64,000 nucleotides of DNA from Blepharisma stoltei ATCC 30299. Its lineage: Eukaryota; Protista; Ciliophora. Below, one piece after another: positions 1-13,864 of the stretch. Below the pieces are notes generated by a model. It saw nothing but the letters and a program-made list of their open reading frames with translations, made no database searches and had not been told where the DNA came from. The first letter of the stretch is position 1. Every line of letters starts with the position of its first letter. The stretch lies in contig CBFDEM010000013.1 of the NCBI GenBank assembly GCA_965603825.1, positions 248,001 to 312,000 of the forward strand, given 5' to 3'. The translations under genes were made by a program, and so were the position numbers.

Positions 1-354
1 CATATGAGTAAACTCTGTATTGAAAAATAGTCCAAGGATGAAGCATGGGCCAAGAAGGTATTTCCAGTACTCAAAGTTGTCACCTCTGGAGTCATAAGTT
101 TGCTTGTATATTTTAGCGAACCTCATCAGATATATCAGATAGCCCGTTAAACATATAAAGGTTATTTTCATTAGTGTGTTGTAAGCTGACACGTAATATG
201 TAAAGAGGTCCAAATATCGGGCAACAAATACAATGAAATATAACTCTTGGGTTTTGCATGATATTCCAACACAACTCTTGGTCTTTCTGATTCTGAAAGC
301 CAAGATGAGGAGTGATGCTACATGCAACATATCGCCCATAATCCGGAAAAACAT
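1..354 (-). CDS. ERD2: ER lumen protein-retaining (KDEL/HDEL) receptor, 5' part; runs off the window edge
   Basis: Not in ORF track. Manual translation from ATG at 354: MFFRIMGDMLHVASLLILAFRIRKTKSCVGISCKTQELYFIVFVARYLDLF, matching the ERD2 N-terminus (FR..GD..H, SC.GIS.K.Q, RYLDLF). Confidence 0.93.
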   Translation of the reverse strand, partial: MFFRIMGDMLHVASLLILAFRIRKTKSCVGISCKTQELYFIVFVARYLDLFTYYVSAYNTLMKITFICLTGYLIYLMRFAKIYKQTYDSRGDNFEYWKYLLGPCFILGLFFNTEFTHM

Positions 355-787
355 CTTTTATAAACCATTAGCGATTATTAAAATTTTAGAAGCCTTTTAA
401 AACACTATGGCAGGATTAATCGTTTACATTGTTATTTATACTTTTGAGGGATTTTAAATAGAAAATATAATATTGTATAGAGGAAATAGATAGCAATAAA
501 ATTAAATTAACTGAAAGAAAAAATCTTTAATTTTTAATTTTTTATAATTTAGTTTAGAAAATTTCTGCAATAAAAATTTCAAAGGTAATTTAGAATTAAG
601 GCTTCTACTATGGCATGCACTTAGATCTAAATAAATTTTATTTTAATAAATTAAATCTATACAATTTTTAATTATTCAATTAGGAGATGAAACAATGCTA
701 TCATAAATTCGCCGTAATTTTATTAATTGAGCAAAGATATCTGTAAAATTTTTTATGCTATTAATTTTCATAATTTATTAAACAGTT

Positions 788-1460
788 ATGGAGGACAGCA
801 AAGTTGATAAATCTCTTACTCTTCAAGCTATGAAAAGAGACAAGAAACAAAGAGAATTTCGAGAATACCTTGCTGATAAAGGAATTGTGCTTGCAATGGT
901 TAAATGTATTTTTTACCTTAGTTCTCTTAGCTTTGAAGCAATCAGATAACCCACCAAATTCCCCTGCTGAATACATTCAGCAATACTTTGGTGTTTATAA
1001 AGATCCAATGTGGGACATCGTTGATAATATGAAAGCTGATATAGAAGGTATGAAAACTTCTATAGAAAATAAACTAAACGAAATTCAAAACCTCAAAAAC
1101 GAAATTACCAAGGCAAAACGATCAAAACTTGTAAGAGAAACTTTTGCAGCGCTTGGCCCAGATGCTCAAGGTATTTTATCGACAAAAGTTTTAGTTCAAA
1201 AACTAAGTGGCCAGCCAAGGTTTGATACAGACTTAAAATTGAACCAAATGAACTTTGTCAATTTTATTATGGAGCATTTGATTTCTGGAGCAAATGAAGA
1301 TGAAAAAGAAAGGTTCTGGACAATGTGCTTTTTACCGTTTAGAGAAATTGGAACTCTTGGAGAGGATGGGAAACCTAAGCCAGCTCCTTTTGTGGGAAGA
1401 TTAGATGACCCTTCATATGTGCGTATTTTAGAAAAAATAAGATCCTATGTTCTTAAATAA
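788..1460 (+). CDS. MYCBP/AMY-1-like protein, 218 aa, one 16-nt intron (906-921)
   Basis: ATG at 788; removing gtattttttaccttag joins it to ORF 870-1460, giving KQREFREYLADKGIVLAMVKFLLALKQSDNPPNSPAEYIQQYFG followed by a coiled coil, like c-Myc-binding protein (FR.YL...G.......L..L.....P). Confidence 0.7.
906..921 (+). other. 16-nt spliceosomal intron
   Basis: gtattttttaccttag; removal restores the reading frame. Confidence 0.9.
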
Positions 1461-1590
1461 TCATTTGGCTTAGAAATTTAATATGATTTATTCAGAGCTA
1501 ATATATTAACACTGCTCGTTAGGTTTTAATTCATTAGTAAATAAGAATAAGTCTTTAAAGTTTAATTAGTTCCAATTTAAAATATCTTTG

Positions 1591-2607
1591 CTAATTATGA
1601 GACTTCCTTACTGCTCTCATTATATTCCCATTATTTTTAATAAGTGTAGGCTTTAAGCTTGGATTACTGTAATTTCTAATATGTTTTGTCTGATTGATGA
1701 CCCTTTTAATTTTATCGTGATATTTTTCAATATTCTCTGTCTCCTCAATCAAATTTTGTCTAGATGTTTCAATAAATTTGCTTATTGGTGTAATTTCAGG
1801 CATACTTGTGCTTCTATACATAAATCTCCTGCTTGATATTTTTTCATCAATACTTGAATCTTTTAGCTCGTCCATCATTTTTTCATTATTTTTCTCAAAA
1901 TTTGTCTCTTCTCTTTCAAAAACTCTAGGCAGCTTTATTCCTTTAATCCTTATTTTTTCTAATTTTTTGGCCAATTCTTTAGATTGTATTGATTTATTCC
2001 AAGACTCAGTCAACATTTCTTTATGAAACTTTTTCGTCTCTAGCATTCTTATTTTTTGATTATCTAGCTCATTATTTGCATCAGAAATAATTTTATTCTC
2101 TAATTTTAGATTTTCCTGCTTCTGATACTCATGATTTTTTGCTTGGAATTCCATTTGCTCGTCGAGATCTTTTTTAAAGTATTTTTGTAAAGACAGTTCT
2201 CGTTTTCTTTTTTCTTTTTTAGGTGTTTCAGGGATGTTTGGGTATCCGTGGAAATTTTCAGAGATCCCTGGCTTTAAAAATTCAAGTTTTAAACATTTTT
2301 GCTTGGCTTCTTTTTCTTCAATTTGTCGCTGCAAAAATGCAGCGTGTTGTTTTTTCCGTTTAAGTCTTTCGGCTTGTTTAAGTTTATCTTTTTCAACTTC
2401 ATCCTGAAGATATTTTTTAAAATTAATTTCTTTGAGTTCTTGCTCGTGGATGCTTCTGTTAAGCTCATTTAACAATTTTTGATATGCTAAATTGTGACTT
2501 GAATCGCTTGGACTGATTGAAAGTCTTGGCCGTGACGTAGATATTGATGGAAGAGTATAGTCGCTTTTTGGAATTTCGTTAAATTTTAGGAGTTCTTCTT
2601 TGATCAT
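1591..2607 (-). CDS. Hypothetical coiled-coil protein (~338 aa)
   Basis: Long K/E/Q-rich ORF; first ATG at 2607 (the track start at 2697 is a non-ATG codon). Confidence 0.75.
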   Translation of the reverse strand: MIKEELLKFNEIPKSDYTLPSISTSRPRLSISPSDSSHNLAYQKLLNELNRSIHEQELKEINFKKYLQDEVEKDKLKQAERLKRKKQHAAFLQRQIEEKEAKQKCLKLEFLKPGISENFHGYPNIPETPKKEKRKRELSLQKYFKKDLDEQMEFQAKNHEYQKQENLKLENKIISDANNELDNQKIRMLETKKFHKEMLTESWNKSIQSKELAKKLEKIRIKGIKLPRVFEREETNFEKNNEKMMDELKDSSIDEKISSRRFMYRSTSMPEITPISKFIETSRQNLIEETENIEKYHDKIKRVINQTKHIRNYSNPSLKPTLIKNNGNIMRAVRKSHN

Positions 2608-2990
2608 AACGCTTAAGTTTTGAGATGCGAAATTAATAGTAAATGGTGTTGAAATATTATTTTTAGATATTGGGTATTTAGGTATATGAGATATCACTTG
2701 GGAAATTAAAAGAAATGAACTACAGGGTAAAATATTCTAAAAACAAAATATTTAGTGAAATGGACAAAATTTGAGAAGAAAATATATCTAAATATAAATT
2801 AATATTTAAAATATTGGGAATTCTGAATGCTTTTTCATATTCTTATGCAATGGATTTTAAACATTTTTTCATAAAGCTTTAAATAACCTTCAGCCATTAT
2901 TTCGATTTAAAATTGTTATTCTCAAAATCCACATTAATTTATTTTCCTGACTGTTCAATCTAAATTATTTTTAGCCTACCATTTTATTAA

Positions 2991-4907
<1,917 letters not shown>

Positions 4908-5016
4908 ACATATTTAATTTTAAATAAAATCAAAAATAAAAAAATTGTTTTTGTTTATTCTTTATCATAGCTTGCTAATTGCAAAATTTTATTTTATTTT
5001 TTTCCTATTTTTTGGC

Positions 5017-7804
5017 TTATCCTTTAAATATCTGTTTAAGTATTTCTTTTGAGTTTCCAGCTCTTGTCAATTCTTCTAGCTTGCTATGAGCCCAGGAAAA
5101 GAGTTTTAAAACTTCCTGTATCCTATATGAAGATCTTGTTGTATTATTTTCTAGATTAATCGGGTCAATTGTAACTGTGATTTCATAATTGTTTTCTTGC
5201 AGGCTGTAAAATGCGCTAAATAAAATTTACCCTCCGTTGATGACATTAATTCCTGTTTTCTTTGGATCGAATTTATTTCCAAAGAAATCGAGAAATCCTA
5301 GCAAAGTTTCCCCTAAATCTTCTTTCAACCCTGAGCTATTCATATATGCAGCAATCCACAGCGTCAAACTATAAGAACTCAAACCTCCTGAATATTAGTT
5401 TACCATGATAAAGTGAGTTTAATGAATGGGAATATAGCAATTTCTTCAAAACAAGCGCAATTTCTCTGAAATGTGGATAATTTCCTACAAGACTTTGTGT
5501 CATCATAAGTGAAGACAGCCCTAAATGAGTCCCCATATTTGTATCATAGGAATCATCAAAAGTGACATCGACCATTATTCTCCCTTCTTCTTGGTCTTCG
5601 CATAAATATTTAGGGTTTACTTCAAGTTTTACAACTGGAATAGTCGCCGTTGTAATGGCTGTGCATTTAGAAACCCAAGGGGTATACATAAGAGATTCTC
5701 CAAGCTGTGCACATGCTTGCTGGATACTTGCTCTGTCAAATAAGCCTACATTTGTGATGGCTAGGTCAATATCGCTATCATCTAAGGCTAATCCACTTCC
5801 ATATGACCCAAAAAGCTGAACAGTGGCAACTGGGAACATTTTTCATGCCCATTCATTGAGGTTATTCATTAAGGTATAAATGACTGGGGATTTCGCGTTG
5901 GTGAATTTTGTGATTTCTTTGCCGAATTTTATGATTTCTTGGTGGAGTTTGTGTTTTACTTTGGGGCTGATGCAAGAAGAAGTAAGAGGAGGGAACTCAA
6001 TGTCGCTGGAAAGAGTGGCTGATTGAGCCGTGGTTGTTGGAGATTGCCATTGGAAATTCTTCTTAGGAGATTGCTGCTTGTTTTTGGGGGAAGATTTATT
6101 GTATTTGTTTTCGGAAGACTGACAATTAGGTTTTGTAGTATTAGGTCGCTTGTGGTTATTTTTTTTGTATTTTGGTTGCTGCTGTTTCTTAGCTTTTTTC
6201 TTATGGATTTCAACTCTTTTAAACTCTTCTTTTTGTGATTCATCCATGTGGGCCTCTTTGAATTCAAGAGGCTCATCGGTAACCTGTGTATCTTCTGAAT
6301 CATTTGAAGCAGAATTCGAATTTAATTCAATTTTTTGGATTTGTGCGTATAAAGTCTCCATAATATTTTCCAAAAGATTTTTCACTACTTCAGATTCTTC
6401 GTCTTCTCTATCACTTTTCTCAGCCTTTTCTGCTTGCTCTGTTTGCTCTATTGTCTGAGCATTTTGCTGCTGCTTAGCCTTATTATGTTTTTTCTTTTTT
6501 TTCTTTTTCTTCTTGTTTTCATCACTTTTTTTCCCTTTGACTGTTTGGTTTTCTTCTAATTTAAGCAAATCTTCAGCATTTTTTTCTGTTAAAGCACTTT
6601 TTATGCGAAGCAAAACTTTTCTTGTGACGATGTCTAGATAAGTGACAGCTCTGTCAAGAGGTGAACTTGATAAAAATTCAATAAATTTCTCTGGAGTGTC
6701 TGACTGAAGCTTTTGAATAATAATTTCTACGCTTTTAGCAGTTTGATAGTACTGGATTTTATTTCTCAATGCATTTATATGAAATCCTCCCATAAGAGGA
6801 TTGCAATATGCAAAAATCCCAGTTGCCATTGAATTAAAATATGGGAATCTTGCAATCTGCGGATAAGCCCACGTATTAATTTGGTCTTTGCTTAAATTAG
6901 CTAGCTCTGATTTTACTGCAACAAAAATTTTTGTAAGCTCATCTATTTCCCCTACAACAGAAAATTTAGTTTTGTCATTTAGCTGCCCAATAAACTCAGT
7001 AAGTCTCAGTTGATTTTGCTGGCTGTCTTCTCCTACAGCTTCCTCAGCAACAAAATTTTGGGTTTCTCCTTGTTTTCTAGGATCAAGGCCATTAAGCATC
7101 CAATATTTCATTCAAATTGCCCTTTCAAAGCCCGCAGAAACCCACGATGCTAAAGAGTTATAAGAAGTGGAAGAAAACCAAGATGGATATTCCCACATTC
7201 ATCTTTTCAAAGAGCTATCTCAAAAGCAGCGGCAAGGGACGATAAATGCTTGTTTATTTGATATAGACTTAATAAGATCGATTAGTTTTTCTGGGTATTT
7301 GGCCATTTCTGGGTCTACAGTCAGAGTGTCTAAATATTCTTCTGTGTCCGTAAGCCGAATAATCTGTTCGAAATTTTTTTCAGCCTGGAATTTTGGATCT
7401 GTATATGAATAGCCTTCAAATGGTTTTCTGCGAAACAAAAAATGATCTTCTGTGATTTCTTGATCATATTGTTTTGGTATATTATCAACCATTGCAAATT
7501 CATAATCTCCTTCGGTGAGCTTTTTTATATACATTTGACGGATAAAAGTAGAAGTGAAGCTATTTTGAAGAGAAAGAACATTAAGTCTAGATGGGACAGC
7601 CAGTGAGCAAAATCATGATAGCATGCAGGCAGATAGCTCTAAATCGTCTTCAGACTGGCTTGCAGATTTGCTTATTTCTAAAAGGTGGCTTTTCTTTATT
7701 CGCCTTTTTCTTGAAATTTGTGAAGGGGCTGTGGAATTTATGTGTAAGCTGTCAGATAAGGCCTTGATGATGGAATTTGTATCTGGGCTATACATAGTCA
7801 CCAT
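5017..7804 (-). CDS. Trf4/PAPD5-like non-canonical poly(A)/terminal nucleotidyltransferase with long N-terminal extension, ~918 aa, 2 introns, 5 TGA=Trp
   Basis: LFGSYGSGLALDDSDIDL catalytic motif, ATIPVVKL and VDVTF. GGLSSY appears after splicing 5388-5403, and the PAP-associated segment IDPINLENN after splicing 5216-5230. Four track ORFs join in frame via TGA. Confidence 0.88.
5216..5230 (-). other. 15-nt spliceosomal intron
   Basis: gtaaattttatttag; retention gives an in-frame TAA. Confidence 0.9.
5388..5403 (-). other. 16-nt spliceosomal intron
   Basis: gtaaactaatattcag; removal creates the conserved YHGGLSSYSL motif. Confidence 0.93.
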
Positions 7805-8397
7805 TAATTTTACCAATATTCACTTCTAGACGTGAAAGATTATTCTTATATTGTTGGAATCTGGGTAGCTGGTGGATGATAAATAAGTTAGATAAAAAGG
7901 ATTAATATTATGAAAGTCTCGGATAAATTTTTATCATGTGGGTCGTTTCTTATAGAGGGAAGTTTAGTATTTGAATATAAATAATTCAGATTTGGCAGTA
8001 ATTATGGTTGCTTATTTTGTCTAAGAACTTTTTAAATAAAGAAAATTTGTTTTTGATATTTATGGAGATTTTTCTTAACTATCTGATCACCTCCAAAATG
8101 TGTGATTTAAAAACATTGTTTTTCAAGATTTTTTAAAACAGAAAATTAAGTCATTAGACAAATGCTTTGAATATATTCGCTTCCTAAGCAATTAATTCAA
8201 TGTTGTTGGCTTCATTAAAATCCACATTTAATCTAAAATCAAGAATTGCTTAGCAATAACGATCATTATATCGCAGATATAGAAAATTTTGAACTAGGCA
8301 TTTCTAGCTATGAAAAGTTATATGAAAATTAATCCTTAAAGATTGCTTCTGTATATAACTAATATATACATCATATATTTTTAATTACTAGATTAAG

Positions 8398-9306
8398 CTA
8401 ATCCAATATAACTCTATGCCAATCTAAAGTAGGAATTCCTTTGAATTTTGAAGGACCATACACATCTGATAACTTCGTTGTTCCAGTCTTAGTCGGAGTC
8501 GGCAATAAATCTCCAGACAAAAGTTTGTAAAGTTGAACATAATGACTAGGGTAAATTAAGTCCCCAAATTTGCTGCAAGACCCTAAATAGCTTGACATTC
8601 TATGCCCAAACCCTTCATGTGATGGCTCATTTACATTTGCATATTTACTTAGTGTTTCAACAATTTCTTTCCAGGTCATTACTTCAGGTCCTGCCAATTC
8701 TGCAGCTTCTCCTGCTTTAAGTTCTTTAAATGCTTTCAGCACATCAGCTTCATGAACTGGCTGGAATTTGCTGGATCCTTCTTTTGCTGTCACAATTGTC
8801 TGTGAGTTAGCTAGTGATTCAAGCGCTTTATGAATCACTAAGGATGTGCAGTTCTCTCCAAATATTAAATTGGTTCTCAAAATAGAAAATTCAGGTATCA
8901 GCAGTCTAACCTTATTAATAGTTTCTTGAATCAAAGCTTCTGGATTGCCATCAAGATCATTTAATTGGTCAAGTTCATGAGGCCCAACCCATATGAATTT
9001 TTTGATTCCTGCATTTTTTGCATAACCTGCAGCTTTTTCAAGATAAAAGTTTTTCCCAAAAGCTAATTTAAAATAGTCATGAGTGACCACAATTACATCT
9101 TTAGAGCCTTCAATGCACTGACGGAGATTTAATGAATAATGAAGTGGATGTTTTGTTATCTTGTCACCAATTTCTTCTTGCAGAGCATAAACTGATTTGC
9201 GGTAAGGGTACATATCAGCAAGACGTATTTCAGAATATTCTCCTGCTAAGGCTCGGATAAGATATCTTCCTAAGAAGTTTGCTCCTCCAATCACTGTCAA
9301 TGCCAT
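8398..9306 (-). CDS. NDUFA9: NDUFA9-like atypical SDR (complex I 39-kDa subunit family), 302 aa
   Basis: LTVIGGANFLGRY Rossmann start, LIFGE, FQPVHEADV, ELAGPEVMT. Confidence 0.7.
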   Translation of the reverse strand: MALTVIGGANFLGRYLIRALAGEYSEIRLADMYPYRKSVYALQEEIGDKITKHPLHYSLNLRQCIEGSKDVIVVTHDYFKLAFGKNFYLEKAAGYAKNAGIKKFIWVGPHELDQLNDLDGNPEALIQETINKVRLLIPEFSILRTNLIFGENCTSLVIHKALESLANSQTIVTAKEGSSKFQPVHEADVLKAFKELKAGEAAELAGPEVMTWKEIVETLSKYANVNEPSHEGFGHRMSSYLGSCSKFGDLIYPSHYVQLYKLLSGDLLPTPTKTGTTKLSDVYGPSKFKGIPTLDWHRVILD

Positions 9307-9622
9307 TTTTATGGCTTTGAGGATTCTTATAAAAATTGAAAATTTAATTGTTCATGATCAGGCTATTATTCTATTGTGGAGGAGCTTTTTATTTTATGAT
9401 TTTAATGAATAAAATATATACTAGCATTATGAGACTGCTTGGCTTTTACAATTAATTAATGCTAATTTAAATATCATAATAAGCGCATAATATAATTAAA
9501 GAAACAGTTTATCTGTATTTAATTAATTTTGATCCTAAAAGGAATAAGTTCTTATCAATTGAAAATGAATAGAGGAAAATTTGAAAATCCATTTTATTAC
9601 ACATGGTAATTAGAATTTATAT

Positions 9623-10054
9623 CTATCCAAATGGCACATAGCTTTTTCCTCCAGGAGGGTTTTTCACCTTCACTGAGGTTTTCGTTGTCTTTTTCCTTTC
9701 TTCAGCTTTTCTCTCTTCACCAACTCTAAATCTTCTTAAAATTTCTTCCTCAGCTTTTTTTCTTTGATTGGTTTCGTCTAAGTTCTTTTTTTCTTCTTTG
9801 ATAATTGGATTATTGCTAATAATATCAGTATTTCTTGTTTCTCTTCCCATTGATGGCGGCAGTACTCCTGCTGGAGTTTCGCCTCCTTTTTTAGTTTCTT
9901 CTACATGGATTATGCTATTTTCTTTACCTGTAGGCTTTGCAGAGGCATTGTTTTCATTGCTCCACCCAAATGCAAACGATGAACTTCCACCAGGCGGCTG
10001 TTTGACTTTTAATGACGCAAATTGAGCTTGGTAATTTTTCTCTGCTCTGTTCAT
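9623..10054 (-). CDS. Small disordered protein with two PPGG motifs (SPIRAL1/Jupiter-HN1-like, putative microtubule-associated), 143 aa
   Basis: SLKVKQPPGGSSSFAFG near the N-terminus and TSVKVKNPPGGKSYVPFG at the C-terminus; ATG at 10054. Confidence 0.7.
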   Translation of the reverse strand: MNRAEKNYQAQFASLKVKQPPGGSSSFAFGWSNENNASAKPTGKENSIIHVEETKKGGETPAGVLPPSMGRETRNTDIISNNPIIKEEKKNLDETNQRKKAEEEILRRFRVGEERKAEERKKTTKTSVKVKNPPGGKSYVPFG

Positions 10055-10205
10055 TTTATAATTTAAATAATTTTCGAAAAATATATTTAAAATACTTATA
10101 GCTAGCAATAACCTAAATCGCTGATAGACCTAAAGAGCATTTTATGCATAAATAAAATAAATATTTCAAACAAAATATGAGAGAAATGTTATTTGTACCA
10201 TCAAT

Positions 10206-11240
10206 ATGGAAATTCATACTGACCCAGTTAATGCCTCTCTCGACAATATCCCTACAGCTTCTGTGCTTTCAGAAAATCTTTGGTCTAAAAAATCAATCAT
10301 AGAATCAGAAAATTCAAAAACTCCAAATCTAATAGAAAAATCTGGCTGACTTCAAAAGAAATCTTCCCATTTAATAAAAAGATGACAGTGAAGATTTTTC
10401 GTGCTTAAAGATCACAAACTATTATACTTTCACAGCCAGACCGAAAGATTGCCATCTGCTACAATAAATTTTAATCAAGTCACAATCAATATCCAAGTTT
10501 TAGAAACCAAAAATAGCCCAGAATTAATTTTAATACCACTGAACTCAAAAAGAATTTTTCACCTACGAGCTTCTTCAATGGATGAAATTTTGCCTTGGGC
10601 AACTGCAATAATTCAGCATATTGAGCATTCTAAAGGAAATTTACATACTTTATCCCATATCAGTTCACAAAAGAAGTTTTGAAGAATTGCTCGGATTTCA
10701 CATCAAGAATTTTTAGATGAAGCAAGCAGTGGAGATATTTTATTATTTCAAAGCAAAAGTCTCCCATCTACAATTCAAAGAAAGCTTGTAGGGAGTAAAT
10801 ACGATCATGTTGCGTTAATTATAAACCTTAAAGGAACAATTATGATATTAGAAGCAACAAGGGTGCTAGGTGTAAATGTTCTTGTATGAGATGAATTTAT
10901 TGATAAAAACTGGCACCTTTTATATTCAAAAATTGTTTATAGAAAACTATCTGTGGAAAATCCAGAAAAAGTCCATGACAAAATTGCTGAATTTTGTGAT
11001 GAAGTCGTCGGTAAAAAATTTAGATTTAAATTAACAAAAAGAAGAAAAAAAAATAACGGGCAAGGACAAGAAGGCTTTTTTTGCTCGGAATTAGTAGCGG
11101 CAGCTTATCAAAGGATTGGAATAATGAAGAGCGATGTAATTCCGTCTTATTTTTGGCCTTCATATTTTGCGGATGATAAAAAGCTGCCTTTAATTGATTG
11201 TGCATTATCTCAGGAATTTATTATTGATTTTGATCTGTAG
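10206..11240 (+). CDS. PH domain fused to a permuted NlpC/P60 (YiiX/YaeF-like) papain-fold hydrolase, 344 aa, 5 TGA=Trp
   Basis: KSGWLQKKSSHLIKRWQWRFFVL...FHLRASS..E...W (PH), then SGDILLF..SKYDHVALI..ILEAT..FFCSELVAAAY (His before Cys). Confidence 0.85.
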
Positions 11241-11303
11241 TTTTCCACAATGAGTAGAAGCTAATATTTATTTAAATATCTCATTAATTTATAAATAATC
11301 GCA

Positions 11304-12197
11304 ATGTTCAATGTATTTTCGTATGATCAAAAATTAAAAGAAAGAACAGAAAAAGAAAAAGAAATTCAGAAAGCATATAAACTTAGACAAAGAAATTTAA
11401 AAATAAGGAAAAAGCTCAACGATAATTATGATCATAGAATCAGCCAATTTATTGTCAGTATGGTAAAAAATCCTATACAAATCAATGTTTATCAAAAACC
11501 CCTTGAAACGGCTGGACGAACAACAGATCCAGCTAAGTTTAAAGGTCACGCTCATCTTATACTAAAAGGCTATCAATCTGAAAGGCAAAGACTCGCCAAT
11601 TCTATGAGGCATAACCAATTTTTAAGCTCAGTTCCATTAAATCTCTTAGAAAAATGGCGAGATAGAGATGAAGAGAAAGAGCTCAATGAAAGAATGTATT
11701 TTAAACCCAGAACTAATTTAGAAAGGGTTAAAGATGAGCTAATGACAAGGCATATAGATATCAGAGAAATAGGCGATGAATATAAAAATAAACCCAAGCC
11801 AAAGCTAGAGTTAAAAAAATCAGTTTCAAGTGAAGAAGAACAAAAAAATGAGAAAATTGAAGAGCTGGTAGGGCCAAAAGAAATATTTGCAAGTCTTCAC
11901 TATAAAACCTATTTCAAAAGTGTAAAAAGCATCTTAACCACTAGAAGTTTGAATAGCTTGAGCAATAGTTCTCCAGAATTCGATCCTAGAATCATTAAGG
12001 AAATCAGAAAAGCAATGAAACCAAGTGATCTTAAACCTCAAGAACTCCCTATTTTAGCTGCTGAGTGCTTGAAGTCATGCGATGTACAGAAAGAACCTAA
12101 AGAAGGGTTTTTAAGAGCTGGGCAAGGGAAATTGGTAGGAAATCCTGAGATTTCTGTTTATGAGACATATGAACTTCTTAATCGAATTTCTAAATAA
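11304..12197 (+). CDS. Hypothetical protein, 297 aa
   Basis: Intact ATG-TAA ORF with motif-like blocks (FKPRTNLERV, LHYKTYFK, GFLRAGQGKL); family not recognised. Confidence 0.8.
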   Translation: MFNVFSYDQKLKERTEKEKEIQKAYKLRQRNLKIRKKLNDNYDHRISQFIVSMVKNPIQINVYQKPLETAGRTTDPAKFKGHAHLILKGYQSERQRLANSMRHNQFLSSVPLNLLEKWRDRDEEKELNERMYFKPRTNLERVKDELMTRHIDIREIGDEYKNKPKPKLELKKSVSSEEEQKNEKIEELVGPKEIFASLHYKTYFKSVKSILTTRSLNSLSNSSPEFDPRIIKEIRKAMKPSDLKPQELPILAAECLKSCDVQKEPKEGFLRAGQGKLVGNPEISVYETYELLNRISK

Positions 12198-12313
12198 TTT
12201 ATAATTATTTAAAAATAGTTTTGACATATTGTTATAAATAAGCCAAAGATAAATTATGGGTAAACAGTTTAGATGATAATTTCGTATTAATAGACTAGCC
12301 CTTTTGAGATAAT

Positions 12314-13822
12314 ATGGAAGAAGCCTGCTCATATCCTGATTGTAAAGTATCTCCCACATTTAGGTGCAGATGCAGCAATAATTTATTTTGTGCAGCTCAT
12401 ATAGGTGAACACATGCTAAAGCCTGGCTTATTGCATCTCTCAGAGACTCTATATATAAATATTGATCCTGAGACTAAAAACCATCTTATATCAAAATTAA
12501 AAGAGATAACTTCAAGCCTCCTTAACATGGAAACACAACTATTTAGCACCACTAAAGCTATGATAAATTCAATAGAACAAATTACTTTGAAAAATCTAGC
12601 ATTTATAAACGAATTGTATAGAAAATGTAACAAAATTATTTTATACTGTGAATCTGTGAATGGCATTAATAAAGCATGTGATATAGGGAAATTGGATTAT
12701 TATTTAATTAAAAGGCCTGAAGAAATTATTTGTGAACTAGCTGACTGAGAAATCCCTAAAGTGACCATAAAGCTTGATGATTTTACTAAGACTATTGACG
12801 GCTTAATCAGTTATAGCTCAATTTCTACAATTTTGCAGGGAAATATTATTGAAGAAAAACTAGAAATTGAAGAAGTTTCAGGATCTTATCAAGGAGAGTT
12901 TTGCAATGGATATCGGCATGGAAATGGAACATTAATCACACCAAATAATGATAAATATGTGGGTAGCTGAGAATTAGGCCACCGATCTGGAAGAGGAATA
13001 TGTACCTATGCAGATGGCAGTGAATATAATGGTGAATGGCAAAATGATCTAGAGCATGGCCAAGGCACAAAAACTTGGAAAAATGGAGATATTTACATTG
13101 GAGGTTTTAAAAATGGCTCAAGAGAAGGGCTTGGAGAGATGATCTATGATAGCAAAATGAAAAACTATAAAGGAGAATGAATAAATAACAGAAAAGAAGG
13201 AAAAGGAGTGCTTAAAGTCACTGATGACTATGAATATGAAGGAGAATGGGTTGATGATTTCCCAGATGGCTCAGGAATTAAAAAATGGATTAAATCCAAA
13301 AATGTTTATAAAGGAGAGTTTTGCTATGGAAATATGACTGGAAAAGGAATTATGAGCTATGGGAATGGAGATTACTATGAAGGAGACTGAAGAGATTCAA
13401 TGAGACACGGAGAAACAGGGATCTTTGTATTTGAGGGTGGAGTTTATACAGGATCCTGAAATAATGATAAATGGCATGGAGAAGGAAAATTGGCACTCCC
13501 TGATAAAAGCTGTTATCAAGGATTGTTTAGAGAAGGGCTTAGAGATGGATACGGAACATTAGAAACAAATGAAGGATGCACATATCAAGGTAACTGAGTA
13601 AAAGATAAAAAGGAAGGTTTTGGAATATTAAATGACACAAAAACAGGAGAAAAGTACGAAGGAAAATGGGTGAATGATAAAATGCATGATATTAAAGCAA
13701 AAGTAATCATGCATGGTGGAATTATTTTAAAAGGAGAATATAAAGAAGGAAATAGAGTTGGTAAATGGGAAATAGACTATCCAAACGGAAAAAAGAAAAT
13801 TATTCGAATGAAAGCCAAATAA
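12314..13822 (+). CDS. Cys/His (B-box-like) N-terminal domain plus MORN repeats, 502 aa, 6 TGA=Trp
   Basis: CSYPDC..CRC..FCAAHIGEH, then many Y.G.W....hG.G repeats; TGAs sit at MORN Trp positions; TAA at 13820-13822. Confidence 0.88.
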
Positions 13823-13864
13823 TCTGAAAAATTGTTAATATATAAATTCTAATTTTTATTCTAA

